Below, in pieces: positions 20,283 to 35,357 of a DNA stretch of 64,000 nt. The position numbers and the translations under genes were made by a program. Position 1 is the stretch's first letter, and every line of letters begins with the position of its first letter. This DNA comes from Craspedostauros australis (taxonomy: Eukaryota): assembly GCA_030167865.1 (NCBI GenBank), contig JALAGF010005880.1, forward strand, positions 1 to 64,000, given 5' to 3'. Below the pieces are notes generated by a model that had not been told where the DNA came from, made no database searches, and saw only the letters and a list, made by a program, of their open reading frames with translations.

Positions 20283-21596
20283 CTACTCAATAGCTGGGAT
20301 GTTTGCCTCGTGTTGTTCATGGTTGTAGGCGCACATTTCCCTGGGCAAAAAGGAGGCAGATCTGTAATCGGCCATGCCACGAATCGCGAAGATGGAAAGC
20401 AGGACTGACCTGGCCATGTTGCCGTTGTGATGCTCCTCATTTTGGCCCTGTTGGATTCGTTCCCTGGGTTCCACCACGGCAACTTGGATCCATTTCTTGA
20501 GGTCCACCCGTAGCTCCGCCTCGGACCTGCCTAGACTGGCGATGAGTCTGTCGTTGCATGCCTCCAGCAAGCGACTCAGTGAGATCGTGTCCAGGTCGAC
20601 GTTCTGATCAACAATGAACGTGTCAGCATCTTCGATGCGTTTGAGATGCGTCAGCAGCTTGCCTCGCCTGACGAACCCAGGCAAGAATGAGCCGAAGGGA
20701 TTGGGACCTTCAACAGCATCGACCAGCCCGTTCAGGACCACCTTGGGCAGGTGGGTGAGCCTCATGGAGGCCCTAGTCAGTGGTGCAGCGGAGTAGATCA
20801 TGGGTTCCACTTCTGCCAGGATGTTATCGACCGAGAACCGGTCAGTCTTGAGTAGATTCCAGGCACCGGCACTGAGCTGGGTGAGGTTGGACATGACCGC
20901 GCGTTGCTTTTTCCGACCGAAGATGTTGAGCTTTGCCAGCTGCGGCACTTCTTTCGCTGACCGTTCGATGTCCATCAAGGTCTTGATGACAGCATGGGAT
21001 CTCTGCCGCGTCATCTTCTCCAGTTTCGTCTCCTGCGTGTTGGTAGCCGTGGACGCGAAAGGGGACGGGAGCATGTCGGGGTAGAACATGAGGGCGTAGG
21101 GGAAGAACCGGGGTGCTCCCCACATGATGAAGAGCAGATTCATGACCTTGCCGCGGTCGTCCTTGCCTTGCTGGAGGAACATGAATTCATCGTACGTGAT
21201 GCCACCGTTCACGTTCTTCAACCGTTGCCTGAGCACCTTGGGAGACAGGTCCTTCTCCGTCATCTCGTATTTCGCCTTGACCTGCTCGCGGTAGTCCTTC
21301 TGCTTGGACCTGATGTCGTTGCACCGCTTGTGGTTGTACCACATCTCCTTGGATCCATCGACTGCCCGCGTCACCGAATCCTTTACATACTTGCCCAGTT
21401 GCACCACGACGTTGCCACCCCCGCTGTTGTCTCGCGAAGGCGTCACGCTCTGCTCTTGCAGCATGGCCGAGGCCGGCGCTGGTGCGGACGCAGATGCGGA
21501 GGCGAGCACCAGCCCACCGATGGTCGACCATGCAACAAGGCACAGCAGCAGCCACGCAGGATGCAGACTTCCCATCCTTCTCTGCGCTTGCTTCAT
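20283..21596 (-). CDS. LETM1-like domain protein with N-terminal signal peptide
   Basis: Likely start MKQAQRRMG (the upstream ORF extension runs through a microsatellite). Hydrophobic WLLLCLVAW leader, FFPYALMFYPDMLPSPF, and IEDADTFIVDQNVDLDTISLSRLLEACNDR resembling the LETM1 DD..I....SLS..EL..AC..R motif. Confidence 0.65.
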   Translation of the reverse strand: MKQAQRRMGSLHPAWLLLCLVAWSTIGGLVLASASASAPAPASAMLQEQSVTPSRDNSGGGNVVVQLGKYVKDSVTRAVDGSKEMWYNHKRCNDIRSKQKDYREQVKAKYEMTEKDLSPKVLRQRLKNVNGGITYDEFMFLQQGKDDRGKVMNLLFIMWGAPRFFPYALMFYPDMLPSPFASTATNTQETKLEKMTRQRSHAVIKTLMDIERSAKEVPQLAKLNIFGRKKQRAVMSNLTQLSAGAWNLLKTDRFSVDNILAEVEPMIYSAAPLTRASMRLTHLPKVVLNGLVDAVEGPNPFGSFLPGFVRRGKLLTHLKRIEDADTFIVDQNVDLDTISLSRLLEACNDRLIASLGRSEAELRVDLKKWIQVAVVEPRERIQQGQNEEHHNGNMARSVLLSIFAIRGMADYRSASFLPREMCAYNHEQHEANIPAIE

Positions 21597-21616
21597 CGTG
21601 CTCGTCGGGGTCGCAC

Positions 21617-21664
21617 GGTGTGGTGTGGTGTGGTGTGGTGTGGTGTGGTGTGGTGTGGTGTGGT
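21617..21664. repeat. (GGTGT)n pentanucleotide microsatellite upstream of the LETM1-like start
   Basis: About 9 perfect copies. Confidence 0.95.
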
Positions 21665-22767
21665 ATATGTAAGACCGTAGAACACAACAGCGGAGTTTTT
21701 GTATACAAATGTATTCTCCGTATCCGGAGAGAGAATGCAATACTGCTCTGTACTTTGTGATGTCGCGTAATGTGAACGTGGTGCCTCGCACTTTTGGACA
21801 GCGTCTCCGGCGGTTCTTTGTGTGGTGTTTTGTGTGAGGATTTTCGTCCGGGTCGGTCCCAAGCACGCCCCTGCGGAAGATGTTGGTGTCGGTGTGGGTG
21901 TCAGCACTGATGATGCCGTAAACAACGATCAGCGAAGCCAAAGATCGCGACGGCGAAAAATGTGGAAGGGAAGAATCGGCATGTGTGACATCAGATCACA
22001 TCACATGGATATTCCACGTGGAATTGCAACGGACCAACCACCAATCATCAACCAACCCAAACACAAGGACCAAAACCACAAGACAACAATCAGATCCTCT
22101 CTCCGGTGAATGACAGACGGGACGCACAACATGATCACCAACGCCTGCCCAAAGTTGAAGACCGATCACCTAACACGACAACAACAGTGAAGGGACGAAA
22201 GTCGCCCAAACATCAACTCCGAAACACGGAACTGGGGACAACAGAGTAGTCGTAGGACAGACCACGAGGACACCAAACCTTGCTCTCGGCTGTCCTCTCC
22301 AGCACAAGATCGTGACAGTCCGCATTGATATCAGTCGCCTCACCGATTCAAAGAAGAAGAGGCTTGAACGAGATTCCTGTTGGGTACTTCAGAGCGCTCG
22401 TCTCCTTCGTCGCCTCCCCCCTCCTCGCCATCCATAGCACGTGTTCACAACTATCAACAAGTCGCAGTCCAGACACTCTACAGTACTCTGCGAGCTACTC
22501 TGCCCTACTCTATCGGTTCTGAAGACCGCAAGTGCGACCCACCATACTCGTACCCACACCACAAGCAATTGTTGCGCGCTTGTATACTCCACCAGTACTC
22601 TGCTCATCTTCAATCACATTCTCAAGACACTGCTCTTTGAGACTCATCGGTTGAATTACTGACCAAAGCCATTTGAGTTATTGGGTGATCCGATTCAGCA
22701 GGAAATCAGGAGGAAACAATCACGAACCTCCCAACAGCAGAGCACAGACAACAGACCAACCACAACC

Positions 22768-25700
22768 ATGGCACCAAACAAGAAAAACAAGAAGAAGCAG
22801 TCCACTGGCGAGGACAGCCTCACGAGAATCGCCATCATTAACTCATCCCGCTGCAAGCCCAAGAAATGCCGACAGGAGTGCAAGAAGTCCTGCCCTGTGG
22901 TCAAGCTGGGAAAGCTGTGCATCGAAGTCGAGCCCACCAGCAAGCTCGCTTTCATTTCCGAACCACTTTGCATCGGTACGTTCCGCTATCGGCCCCTTCA
23001 CAATTGAGCGGGAGGTTGTGCAGAATTCGTAACAAGGTGGTTGTGATTTTCGATGCGTGCGGTTGTCTTCAAATATGTACGCGTCCAGGTACACCTCCAC
23101 GTTTTCGCACGTCTATATGCGTCCGAGTGAGGACGCATACCTACAGGCACATATCGTGGATTTCGTGCACATTTCCTTTCCCGTGCGATCACAGTTGCCT
23201 CCGACGCCAGAGTACTGCACGTGCTGGCTGACCAGCACAGAATTGGCACTTGTGGGCACTGTCTGCAGCACGCAGAATGCAACACGCAACGTTTGCAAAC
23301 AATGTCCCAGAGGACTGCCTGCATTGCGCTTGCGCAGGACGCCGTTCGTCGAATGGATCTAATTCAGTGACGGTGCGGCACTGGACATGGCTTACGATGC
23401 TGTTCGCGAGGGTGCTTTAGTTGCACTCGTTGGATCCACTTGACTCCGTCTCACAATTGCAAAATGCTTGCGACTGCCACCACCACCACCATCATCTCCC
23501 CCATTCTGCCGATCGGTACTACTCCACATTCTACTATTTTCGGTTCGTTGTGACCACTTGCAGGATGTGGTATCTGCGTGAAGAAGTGCCCATTCGAGGC
23601 CATCAACATCATCAACTTACCAAAAGACCTGGAGCGCAACACCACGCACCGGTACGGGCCAAACTCCTTCAAACTCCATCGCCTACCGATGCCACGTCCT
23701 GGCCAGGTACTTGGTTTGGTGGGAACGAACGGCATCGGCAAGTCAACGGCGTTGAAAATTCTGGCAGGTAAGCTCAAACCCAACCTCGGGCGGTACGACG
23801 CGCCCCCGGACTGGGAAGAGATTCTCGTCCATTTCCGAGGCAGCGAGCTCCAAAGCTACTTCATGAAGATCCTGGAGGATTCGCTCAAGGCAACCATCAA
23901 GCCGCAGTACGTGGATCACATCCCCCGTGCCGTGCGCGGGCAGGTTGGCGACGTGCTCCGAACGAAGGACGAACGCACGGAGGTCGAGGGTTGGGACTGT
24001 TTTGACTGGGCCATCACCGAGGCGGAACTGAAGCATCTGTTGGATCGTGAAATCAGAGATTTGTCAGGTGGCGAATTGCAGCGTTTCGCGATTGCTGCAG
24101 TGGCAGTGCAAGTCAGCGATGTGTACATGTTCGACGAGCCATCGTCTTACCTCGACGTAAAGCAACGATTGACGGCCGCCCACATGATCCGTCAAATCCT
24201 CGAAGTGGCAGACGGCGACAGACGTTACGTGCTTGTTGTGGAGCACGATCTCGCCGTGTTAGACTACCTCAGCGACTACGTCTGCGTGTTGTACGGAAGT
24301 GCTGGAGGCTACGGTGTTGTCACAATGCCCTTCGGTGTGCGCACAGGAATCAACGCGTTCCTTGCAGGCTTCATCCCAACTGAGAATCTTCGCTTCAGAG
24401 AGGACTCTCTCTCTTTCAAGGTACGTAGGAGTTGTGTGATGGGTGCACGTGAAGGTGGAGACGAAAGCAGCCATGACCGAGACCAAGATGATGGACATTT
24501 CAACGTCGTGATGTCGTTACGATGTCGCAGCTTCACAACCATGGCGGGCCGACCCGCGTCGATTTGATTTGGGATGGGAGTCGCGCATGGCTTCTGTTGC
24601 TCCGGTGTTGTCTAGTGCAAGGCCTCGACGATGCGTCGATACGCTCTGCCATCCCGTGGTCTTGTATCGAACCCAGATTGCGTAGTCCATCGCTAATGGT
24701 ATCCCCTCTGCCGCTCCATCCGTGTTTTAATGCCGCGTCGGCCATATCATACCATACCCTCTCAACATGCAGGTGTCCGAACGAGCTGAGGTTGAGTCGT
24801 CCAAGAACGATATCATCAATAATTACACCTACCCGAAGATGACCAAGACACAGACCCGTGGCCCAGCAAAGTTCATTTTGCACGTTGAAGAGGGAGCTTT
24901 CACGGATTCCGAAATCATCGTCTTGTTGGGGGAGAATGGTACCGGCAAAACGACGTTCGTCCGCATGTTAGCAGGGTTGCTGAAAAGCGACAAGCAGGTG
25001 GAGCTCGAGAAGGAGAACATGATGTACGAGGCTTCGCAAGCCGGTGCACCTGACCTACATGTCAGTTACAAGCCGCAAAAGATCTCTCCAAAGTTCAAGG
25101 GAACCGTGAGACAGCTGCTGCACAAGAAGATCCGGGATGCTTACGTTCATCCCCAGTTCATCTCCGATGTGATGAAGCCACTGATCATCGAAAACATCAT
25201 CGACAACGGAGTGCAGACCCTGTCCGGAGGTGAACTGCAGCGACTCGCAATCACCGTGGCCTTGGGAAAGCCTGCCGATGTGTATCTGGTCGACGAACCA
25301 AGCGCGTATCTGGACTCAGAGCAACGCATTAACTGTGCGAAGGTGATCAAGCGATTCATCATGCACAGCAAGAAGACCGCCTTCGTCGTGGAGCACGATT
25401 TCATCATGGCAACCTACCTGGCTGACCGCGTCGTTGTGTATCATGGTCGTCCCGGTATCGAGGCAACCGCCTCCGCTCCGCAATCGCTGCTGACCGGGAT
25501 GAACCGATTCCTCAAGAGCCTTGCAGTGACTTTCAGACGCGACCCCGTGAACTTCCGTCCAAGGTACATACGCTTTCTTTCAACTCGTGTGTGACTTGAT
25601 CTGACACGCTTGGCGTGGTCGTGGCAATCCTCGTTGGTATGATTTTATCATGTCATCTGGACGGGCTAGAGCGCGAACGTTATCATGACCCATGGCGATC

Positions 25701-25926
25701 CTTGTTAATTCCCGCCCCCCGTGTGCATCTCTCAGCATCCCACTGACTCCACCTTTCTTTTCCTGCCATGCTCTCATTTCTCACAACACAACACAACACA
25801 CAACGAAGAATCAACAAGCGCGGATCTCAGAAGGACGCGGAGCAAAAGAAGAACGGCAACTATTTCTTCTATGACGATGAGGAGGACAAGGATGACGACA
25901 GCGTTGAAGACGACGATGATCTCTAG
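22768..25926 (+). CDS. ABCE1: ABCE1/RLI1 ribosome recycling ATPase
   Basis: Exons 22768-22975, 23564-24420, 24773-25563, 25809-25926. Fe-S motifs [15 protein letters not shown] and [12 protein letters not shown] (formed across the intron), two Walker A motifs ([16 protein letters not shown]), two LSGGELQR signatures, terminal RPRINK...KD.EQK..GNYF. Confidence 0.98.
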
Positions 25927-26713
25927 ATTCGAGCAAGCTGCGTGAGGTCCTCCCTGCAGCCGCCCTGTCACCTTTCCGTGAGCGCAGGTCTGCCCGCGTC
26001 GAGCTTCCTACTCACATAAAACTGCGTCCCTCTGCGGCACCGCCACTCCATCCCCTGACCCTGTCTACCATCACAGCTCTGCAGCTTGTCATGAACGCTC
26101 TCGGACCAACCATCTCTTCATTTTAATACACGTACACGTACGCAGTAAGTAAAGCCTGGAGTAGTATACTCTTGAGAGAAATATTATCTATCTTATTGCA
26201 ATACACGGTAATTTCAAGCACCTCCGATGCAGCAATTGTGCGCGTAGGATAGCTCCTACTCGTACTGCATATTACTTTGTCAGTGCGCTTTGAGTATGGT
26301 GGAGTGCACGCTGGTGCTGATGTGAGCGGAGGACGGTATGAATACGAGCACACAGTGCACGAGTACTGGTATGTATGGTACATGCCCATGGCAGGCAGCT
26401 GATGCTCGTATCCGTAGCGTACGGACACACTCTTCTCTCGCTCTCCACGCTATGTGCGAGTGTAGGTACTCCGATGTTTTGGGGGTAGCTTTGCGTGTTT
26501 CTGTTCGTCCTTCGTACGAGATTTGGCGCCAATCAACCTGTCGCTGGGAAAAAAGCGGATCACCAACCGACACAAAACTACCACAACAAGAGCCTCTCCG
26601 ACGCTCGCGTGCATGATGACGAAACGCGGAACGGAGGTGGCCAAGCACAAGGGGTGAAGAGACAGAATGGAGCAGAAGGAATCGGCGTGAATCCTCTCTC
26701 GGCAAAATCAGAC

Positions 26714-26772
26714 TCACGCTCACACTCACGCTCACGCTCACACTCACAATCACAATCACAATCACAATCACA
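26714..26772. repeat. Hexamer repeat (TCACGC/TCACAC/TCACAA) in the 5' region of the DUF1764 gene
   Basis: About 10 degenerate copies. Confidence 0.85.
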
Positions 26773-26797
26773 CGCGTGCACAAAACAGTCGAAAACA

Positions 26798-27289
26798 ATG
26801 AAACGCGACAGAGACGGGAACAAGGCCGAGGCGAAGAGCAGCGGCTCATCAAAGCGCGATGCGAAACAGAAACACAGTCCGAACAGTTTTGCGAGTCAGA
26901 GTGATAGCGGCAAGAGAGACAGCGAAAGCAAAACGAACAAGAACGGGCTGGACGAAATCGACAGCTTGTTCTCACAGAAAAAGACGCAGACCTTGAAGGA
27001 ATCTTCATCACAAGGTGGAGGCAAGGACGAAGCCAAGCGGAAGAAGCCAAGGCATGGCGGGTCGGTTGGTGAACCCACGAGCAGCAAAAGAAGGAGGGCG
27101 ACGGGTGCCGTTGGCAATGCGAGCTCGGGAGATTGGGTTGACGATGGTCGTGGTGGCCGTTACAACGGCGAAGGATACACTGGGCGTGTCGAAGACGGCA
27201 TCCGCATCTTCAAAGCGCACGTCCTCAATGGACCGTCCTTTGGATCGACGCCTCAATGCCCCTTCGACTGTGATTGTTGCGTCATTTGA
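26798..27289 (+). CDS. DUF1764-family protein
   Basis: Basic low-complexity N-terminus, DEIDSLF, RVEDGIRIF, and C-terminal GSTPQCPFDCDCC typical of DUF1764. Confidence 0.85.
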   Translation: MKRDRDGNKAEAKSSGSSKRDAKQKHSPNSFASQSDSGKRDSESKTNKNGLDEIDSLFSQKKTQTLKESSSQGGGKDEAKRKKPRHGGSVGEPTSSKRRRATGAVGNASSGDWVDDGRGGRYNGEGYTGRVEDGIRIFKAHVLNGPSFGSTPQCPFDCDCCVI

Positions 27290-27943
27290 TGCATGAGTAC
27301 TCCACAGCACTCGGCTAGTGCTCGTGCTCGGAATCTGCCCTGATGGCGGACGATTATTGTACGTGGTAGTATGTACATGCACACAGTGGTAGAGTGGTAG
27401 AGTTTTGCTGTGTAACTCTCCCACATCGTATTAATGGAGTCGACAAGGGTACTTTGGAGAACATATGTTAGGTACTCTTTCAACTTCAGCCTTGGTAACA
27501 ACGGGGGCAGTGCACATGCTCTGCTCTACTCAGCTCTACTCTCCCATAGAGTACTCTCATTGTCTCCATCGTCGTGACATTCACCACTACCGTGCACACA
27601 TTGTCATGCACGAATGCAACATTGCGCTCCCAGTGCATGTACCATACTCTACATTTACGTACATGTACGCTCAGAAGAGATGCTGGAGTTGAGTATCCTC
27701 TCATTTGTCGCTACTGGGACATACTACGCACCAATACTTAGAGTACTGATAGCCTTGGTATACTCGTAAATTGTATCAGAAGTGTAAGACCGTGCTTTGA
27801 AGTCCTTGTGAATCCGGATTCCGTGTTGGCAACACATCTTAGTTGCACTCGCAGGTGCTGTGGCAACTGCCAATGTTTGGCGAGCAAGGCAAACCAAGGG
27901 ACGGAACGAAACGGAAGAGGCGATCATAACAAGGTCTTCCCCG

Positions 27944-29296
<1,353 letters not shown>

Positions 29297-29995
29297 GTTT
29301 GTTCGTGGTTTCAAATGTACTCGTGCTCGTCCTCGCAGAGCTGTTGGGTGCAACAAAAGAGTCGCTTGTTGGGACGACCAGAACAGTCCGCTTCCTGATG
29401 GCAATCGGCTCCAGGACTGTCAGGACGTCGTCAGAACGGTCGTTGAATCTCCTTCCTTCCTGTCTGTCTGTGCTGGTCCTTGGTGTTGGCCCCGACAATC
29501 CTATTGTTTCATGTAATACAATGTTGTGTGATACAATATATAATATAATATAATAATAGAATACAATAGAGGACGGTACTACGAGCAACGATTGGTGCGA
29601 TACTCGTGGAACACACGACAATGTGAGTTGGTGTAGTCGGCGAGAATGTCGAGAGCAGCGTCATTTCATGTTTGCGTCTCGATTTGTTCGCAAAAGCAAG
29701 TCGTTTTTGGTGGCGAGCCGACAATCACGAGCATGTGCCGAGTCACGAGAAGGCATTCTACAAGCATTAACGTAGCGTGATCGAAACACAAGAAGAATCC
29801 TCTGGTCTTGTCCATAAACCATGTGCTCCATTCGTCCGTGTGGGATTGGTATCTGTCACTTTATGGTTATACTGCACAGTAGGACGTTCGAGGCTCTCTT
29901 GAGCGCTCCACCATCATGCGAGTGCTCACAGGCGTACATACCCAAGTACTCTGATGGTATCGAGATGGCGGATTGGACGCGTTTGGTTCGGGTTC

Positions 29996-32900
29996 TTAGA
30001 TGGACGACTCGGCAGAATCTGCGCTGTGCTGTGCAGACAATGGATTGTCCCACACAATCTTGGACCGGTCAAGCGTGAAGTAGTAGAAGCTTCCACTTTT
30101 GGGATCCATCGCCTTGGCCCATCCGACCGCGAACAGATCCTCATCAGTCGGGACAACCTCCAAGCTGCTTGTTGATTCTTGTAGGGAGAAAGAGGAGGCG
30201 TGATCATCGTCCTTCGCGGTTTGGGTGGAGAGAGATGACGCGTTCTTTGACCTGAACCTCCTTGCTGAATTCTTGGATGACACAGACGCATCGGTCGGAA
30301 TGTGTTGCCCCAGAACCGTCGAACCACCGAACGTCGACGAATCACCAGGCAAAGTCGAATCTAGAGAGTACTCCAGAGACACTCCGGAACTGTTCCTTTC
30401 GACGAACGCCTGCGTGGTGGCGTACTGCGTCTTTTTTGGCACGGCGTGCTGACCACCGGCGGCGGATCCTCCTTTACTTGCATTGGTCCCTGATCCAAGA
30501 GCTGACCCAGGGGCAGATCCAGGTACAGTGCCTGAGGAAGCTGTTGTGTTGTTTGCGGTACGTTGCGGTCTGCCATTCGCAGCTTGTCGCTGGCGGGCAG
30601 CGTGTTTTTCCTGTGACCTAGCGTCGCTATCTGCTTGGCGTTGCTTGTTGGCATGGGCGGCATCATGGACATCGAGCCCATCATTCTGAAAAAACAAAAG
30701 AAATGCACCGGAGAAGATTCAAGTCCGTGACGAACGTATTGGTTGGATCGGCACAAGTGTGAGACAGCAGGTGAGAGAGTGCGGATGCGGGCATGGGCAT
30801 GGTTCTTGACATGGGCACGATGTAATGGATCCGATGTGCTTGGGGTTGCGAATACAAGGACGGGTGGCAGATGGATCCCAACGTTCTCATGCACTTCCTC
30901 AGGGGATGCACAGTGGTGACAACACAACACGTAGTCCAGCCTTCTCTGATCTGCAGGTACGAAAGAGATCGTGGGCGGTATATGAAGGGAAGACGTGTTT
31001 ACCATCCACTTTCCTTGCAAGTGCATAGGCGTATATCCACGCAGGGTGCTGCGAAATAATCTTTGAAACGAAGCGATTTCCATCATTGCGATCCTTTCTC
31101 CATCCCCCGCTTGGTCGGCGGCGCATCCCATTGTCTTCCCATCAACCAACCACCTTCGACAAGTGATCCAAACCCCTTCCAAGCCAGATCCAACCATCCC
31201 TGCAGTCAACATCATATGAGTGCTCATCACACATGTATTCATGGAAGCACATCTTTTCCAAACTCACCTTGACACCATCCAACCAATCCTCATCGCTTGC
31301 GAGTCGCGATGGGTCGTCGTTGGCAGCAAGTCCAGGCTTTCCACCACTGCTCGGAGAACCAGGCTCTTTCTTTTCCTCCTCAACGCCATCGCCTCTGTAG
31401 GACACCCCCTGGGGATCCGAAGGTTTGTGCCCAAGGCTGTTGCCATTTGGCTCCGATTTGTTCCTGTCGTTCTGCGCAGCCCTGCGGGTGTAAACATCGC
31501 CGCCACTGCCGCTGTTTTGGGCACCCTTATTCTTGCTATCTGCCTCACCGTTGGCAAAATCAGCAACGGCTGCATCCAAATCGGTTGATGACGGTGGCTC
31601 TTTCTTCGCCGGAGGAACACGATTGGTGTCTTGTTCGTGCTTTTGGTCCAAAGATCGGTTGCGACCATCGCCATCGTCGACGTCATCGTCATCGTCACCC
31701 CCATTACGGGCCACCGAAACGTTCTTTCGCTCGGCGCCTGCTCCGGGCGAGTTGGCTTGACCCGCGTCGGCCATAGCTTGTGCGCGATCCGTCATCTGTC
31801 CATCGCTCTTCCCAAGGCTGACAAGTTCGGAGCCGATGGCGCTCTTTTCCGTCGAGGTTGCATCCGGATCCTTTCGAATGCGTTCGCTGTGCGTATTCGC
31901 ATCATCGTAACCTTTCGCGTGCCGACTGGATCGAGGAGTCGCCTGCGGTTCGGCATCCATGCACCGACCCATTGGTTCGCTGGTCGGGGACTGGAATGAC
32001 TCTCCTGCGCTCCCATCGTCCCATTTCGTTTGCGGATCGAGACTACACAGTGCAGCGGACCCTTGCCTTGCACCCTCCTGGAAGCTGCCTTGATTGTCGC
32101 TGTTGGCGCCTGGGCTTGCGCCACTCTTGTGCTCATCGCCACTGCCATTGCTGTCTGCACCGTCGTAGCCCCTTGGTGAGGTGAGCGACGCGTCTGCTTC
32201 GGCTGAGAAATCGAAGTGGTCCCCTTGTGCGTGGCTGTGATCGTAGTGCACGTTTCCATCGTGTGTTCCTGCATCGTGAGTATGATACTCCGAAGGTGCA
32301 TCGTACAGGTCGTCTTCGTCATCGTCGTCGTCCAAGTGCACGGTGGTAAGATGCTGTGCCTTCGTAGACTTCGGCGTTCTAGTGATGAGAGAATCGTCCA
32401 AGATGTGCGAGGTGTCCACTTCGTGGTGGATAGTGACCTCGTTCGCCATGAACCCGCCGGCGCCGTTATCTCCACCGCAGCCGCACATCGTGGAGAGAAG
32501 GACGCTTGGCGTCACCAAGCGCGGGATGGGTTGAGAGGTCCATTCGCGGCGCTTCTTGTCCCAGCTCTTCTCGAGCACGTTCAGGAGAAGACTTCTGGTC
32601 ATTTTGGTTGTGTACGGCGGCTCAAAGTTTGGCGGGAAGTAGTTTGTGGGCACGCCATCTCTCATGAGGTAGATTCCGTGCGGCTTCGCGACTTCTTCGG
32701 GCGTCGAATCGCCCTGGATGTAGGCGAGTTGTGGGTCCAGGTATTGGGGACCTCTCTCGCGCCAGGCGTCGATGACCCTTTCGGCATGCGCGAAGTACCT
32801 GTTCATGTGCTTCACCGTCTTCCACCTCACCTTCTTGGCGAGAGTGATGGAGAACGGTCTCTGGCTCCACTTCGCACCGGCTCCGTGGAAGTACTCGTAG

Positions 32901-34258
32901 ATCTGGTTGTGCATGAACTCTAGGCACCAGTTCGGCCATTCGTCCGGGGGGAGATCATCGTTGCGCTCCGTCCCAAAACGCACCACCAGATCTGGCGGTG
33001 ACACACCGTTGACGCTGAGGGCCTCCGGAAGGACTGTCATGTGTGGGATGAAAATCTCGCCAGTCGCTAGCGCCGAGATGATGGCATCCACCACTTGCTG
33101 AGAGCCAGTCTCCACCTCGATGATGGGGATATGGACCGTGTCAGGCGAGGGGTCCTTCTCGGACGACGAGCTTAGCCTATCCTTGCTGCCTCCTTGCTTT
33201 CCGCCGCTCTGGTCGGTCTGGCGGAACGCGGGATCCGAAGCCTCCTTGCCTGATCTAGAAGATCGACGGAGGCCGCCGGCTTCGCCGCCACCTGCTCTCC
33301 ACCCCTTGCTGTCTGTGCTGGAGACGTACTTGTAGGCTCTGTCCTGTAGTTCGTTGAAATCAAACGCCGACTGTCGAGTGACGGTGCTGGGATGTCCGAT
33401 GGTGTGCCTTCGGCTGAGAGATAGCCCAATCGTGATGGTCTGATTCCTGACTTGACCATTCGATTTGTCCCGCCTTCCGCGTAATCCGCCGGCCCCTCCG
33501 TTTCCACCATCGACAAGCTGCTCCACCCTCCAAGAGTCGGCGTCGTCATCGCCCCAACCATGATCCGCCACGGAGGCGCTGTTCGATCGGCTCTTGGGTC
33601 CTCGTGAGGATTCAAGGCGGTTGGCGTTCCCAACTATTCCCGGTATCGCGTGTGACAGCGTGTCGAGCACTGTCGGGTTTCCGATTCCGCCAGGGGCGCC
33701 CACGGGCTTTCCACCTCCCCTGCCCCGGTTCTTCTTTGCCTGCTGTTGAGCCTTCAAGAGCTTCCGTTCGCGCTCCGCCATGGAGGATGGAGTCATCGTC
33801 TTCGGGTTGTCCGTGACTTCGCTCACCAGTGCCCTGGCGAGCAAAGCGGACGTTGGGTTCGATCTCCCCCTTTGCCCATCGGTACGGGCACCCGGACCTG
33901 TGCCGGAACTATCGTTGTCGTTGTTGGCGATCTCGCTGGCAACTCCATGCGATTTCCACTGGTTTCGTGCCCGACGCGCGAGTGCCTGCTTGCCAATCTC
34001 CTCGTACTCGCTGTGGACCAGGTCGTTGAATTCTCCGAAGTCTGCCCCAGCAGCTGACGATGGGGACGTCGCGCAGAGACCCTCAGTGTGATTGAATATC
34101 TTCTGCAGTCCTTTCTCGGCTGCTGCACTTCTTTTGCTGCTGCCGTGCCGAGGTGAATCGGCATCGTCCACCTGCCCGCACACAGGGATCTTCTCCAGAA
34201 ACTCCGAGAGTTTCTTGTTCGCCTCGTCTGTCGCCGGAGTCGATTCTGCGTTGCCCAT
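29996..34258 (-). CDS. Large protein with N-myristoylation motif, central globular region of unknown function and C-terminal WW domain
   Basis: Exons 34258-31268 and 30685-29996 (AAG|GTGAGT ... TTTTTCAG|AAT, phase 0). MGNAES start. WW domain GWAKAMDPKSGSFYYFTLDRSKIVWDNP. An additional small exon is not excluded. Confidence 0.8.
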
Positions 34259-34283
34259 CGTTTCGTTGGGTTGTGCGAGTACT

Positions 34284-34286
<3 letters not shown>

Positions 34287-34320
<34 letters not shown>
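34287..34320. repeat. (CT)n microsatellite
   Basis: Read directly from the sequence. Confidence 0.95.
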
Positions 34321-34322
<2 letters not shown>

Positions 34323-35357
34323 AGAAGGTGTACGGTGTGCTACTCCACTCTATTCAGGTTTGAACGTCGACCTGAAGTCACACAACGCAAACGCAGAAAT
34401 GTCAGATCAGACAGTCGTCGCCCTTCTTGACCGGTCGTCTGACCGTTGCAGTCGTTGCGAAGGAACCGCAGATGGATGACTGGCTGGATGGCTGGATAAC
34501 TCGCTGATCGGCTCGATTGACGCTCCCAAGATGCGGTGCGATGCGACCTGGTGCGACGGAATGGCGTATAGTCAATGCCGTATGTGGCGTTGAGTATCGG
34601 GTGCGTCCAGTGCCGTCCACGGTTCGAGGAATGAGGCGGAGAAGCGCGTTGGTGTTGTCGATGAATGATGGGTGATGATGGTGTTGCTGATGGTGAGGCG
34701 ATGAGGAGTGGTGGGGCAAGGTGAGGGAGGTATTGGTAACGTCGTCGAGGGCTGTTTGCTCTGCTTCACTTGCCATTGCTGTGGAGATGTTGGCCTTTTA
34801 CAGAGCGTTGGTCGTGTTGCCAGTCTCTCTCGACGTTGATGTCGAGGTCAATGTCGTTGTGTTGTTTTGGCTTTGCTTCGGTTTTTGCGTGAATCAACAC
34901 GTTTTCCTTTTCTGTCATCGCCAAACCTCCGCCCACGCAACCAATGCCTTCCCGACCGCTCGCCTGCCCGGCGCACTTTTTGTCCGTTGCGAAGTTCGTG
35001 CAGGTGTGCACAGCGCATGACAGGCATAGTGCGGGTGCATGCCAGACTGATTGAAAGATGAGTAAAATATTTTTCCTGGCGACGTTTTGTTCTGGTGTGT
35101 CCGCCATCACCCAACACAAACGAAACACGACCACAAACACAAGCACAAGGACACACACGACAAGACAGAGACGGACGAAACCCTTCTGGATCCAGCCTCT
35201 CGTCAACTAGCAGCAATCAGTGCAGCACAAGCATCATACTCTCTCTCTCTCTCTCTCTCTTCCCGGAGAGCACGATACCTTGTTTGGGGACTGGACTGAA
35301 GTGGATGCGCATGTGCATGTGCATGTACTTAAACAAGGAGACTCGCGGTGGCGCAAA

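Noticed and set aside
33855..33870. GGTTCGATC tRNA B-box-like motif
   Set aside because: Antisense within a CDS, with no cloverleaf or A-box.
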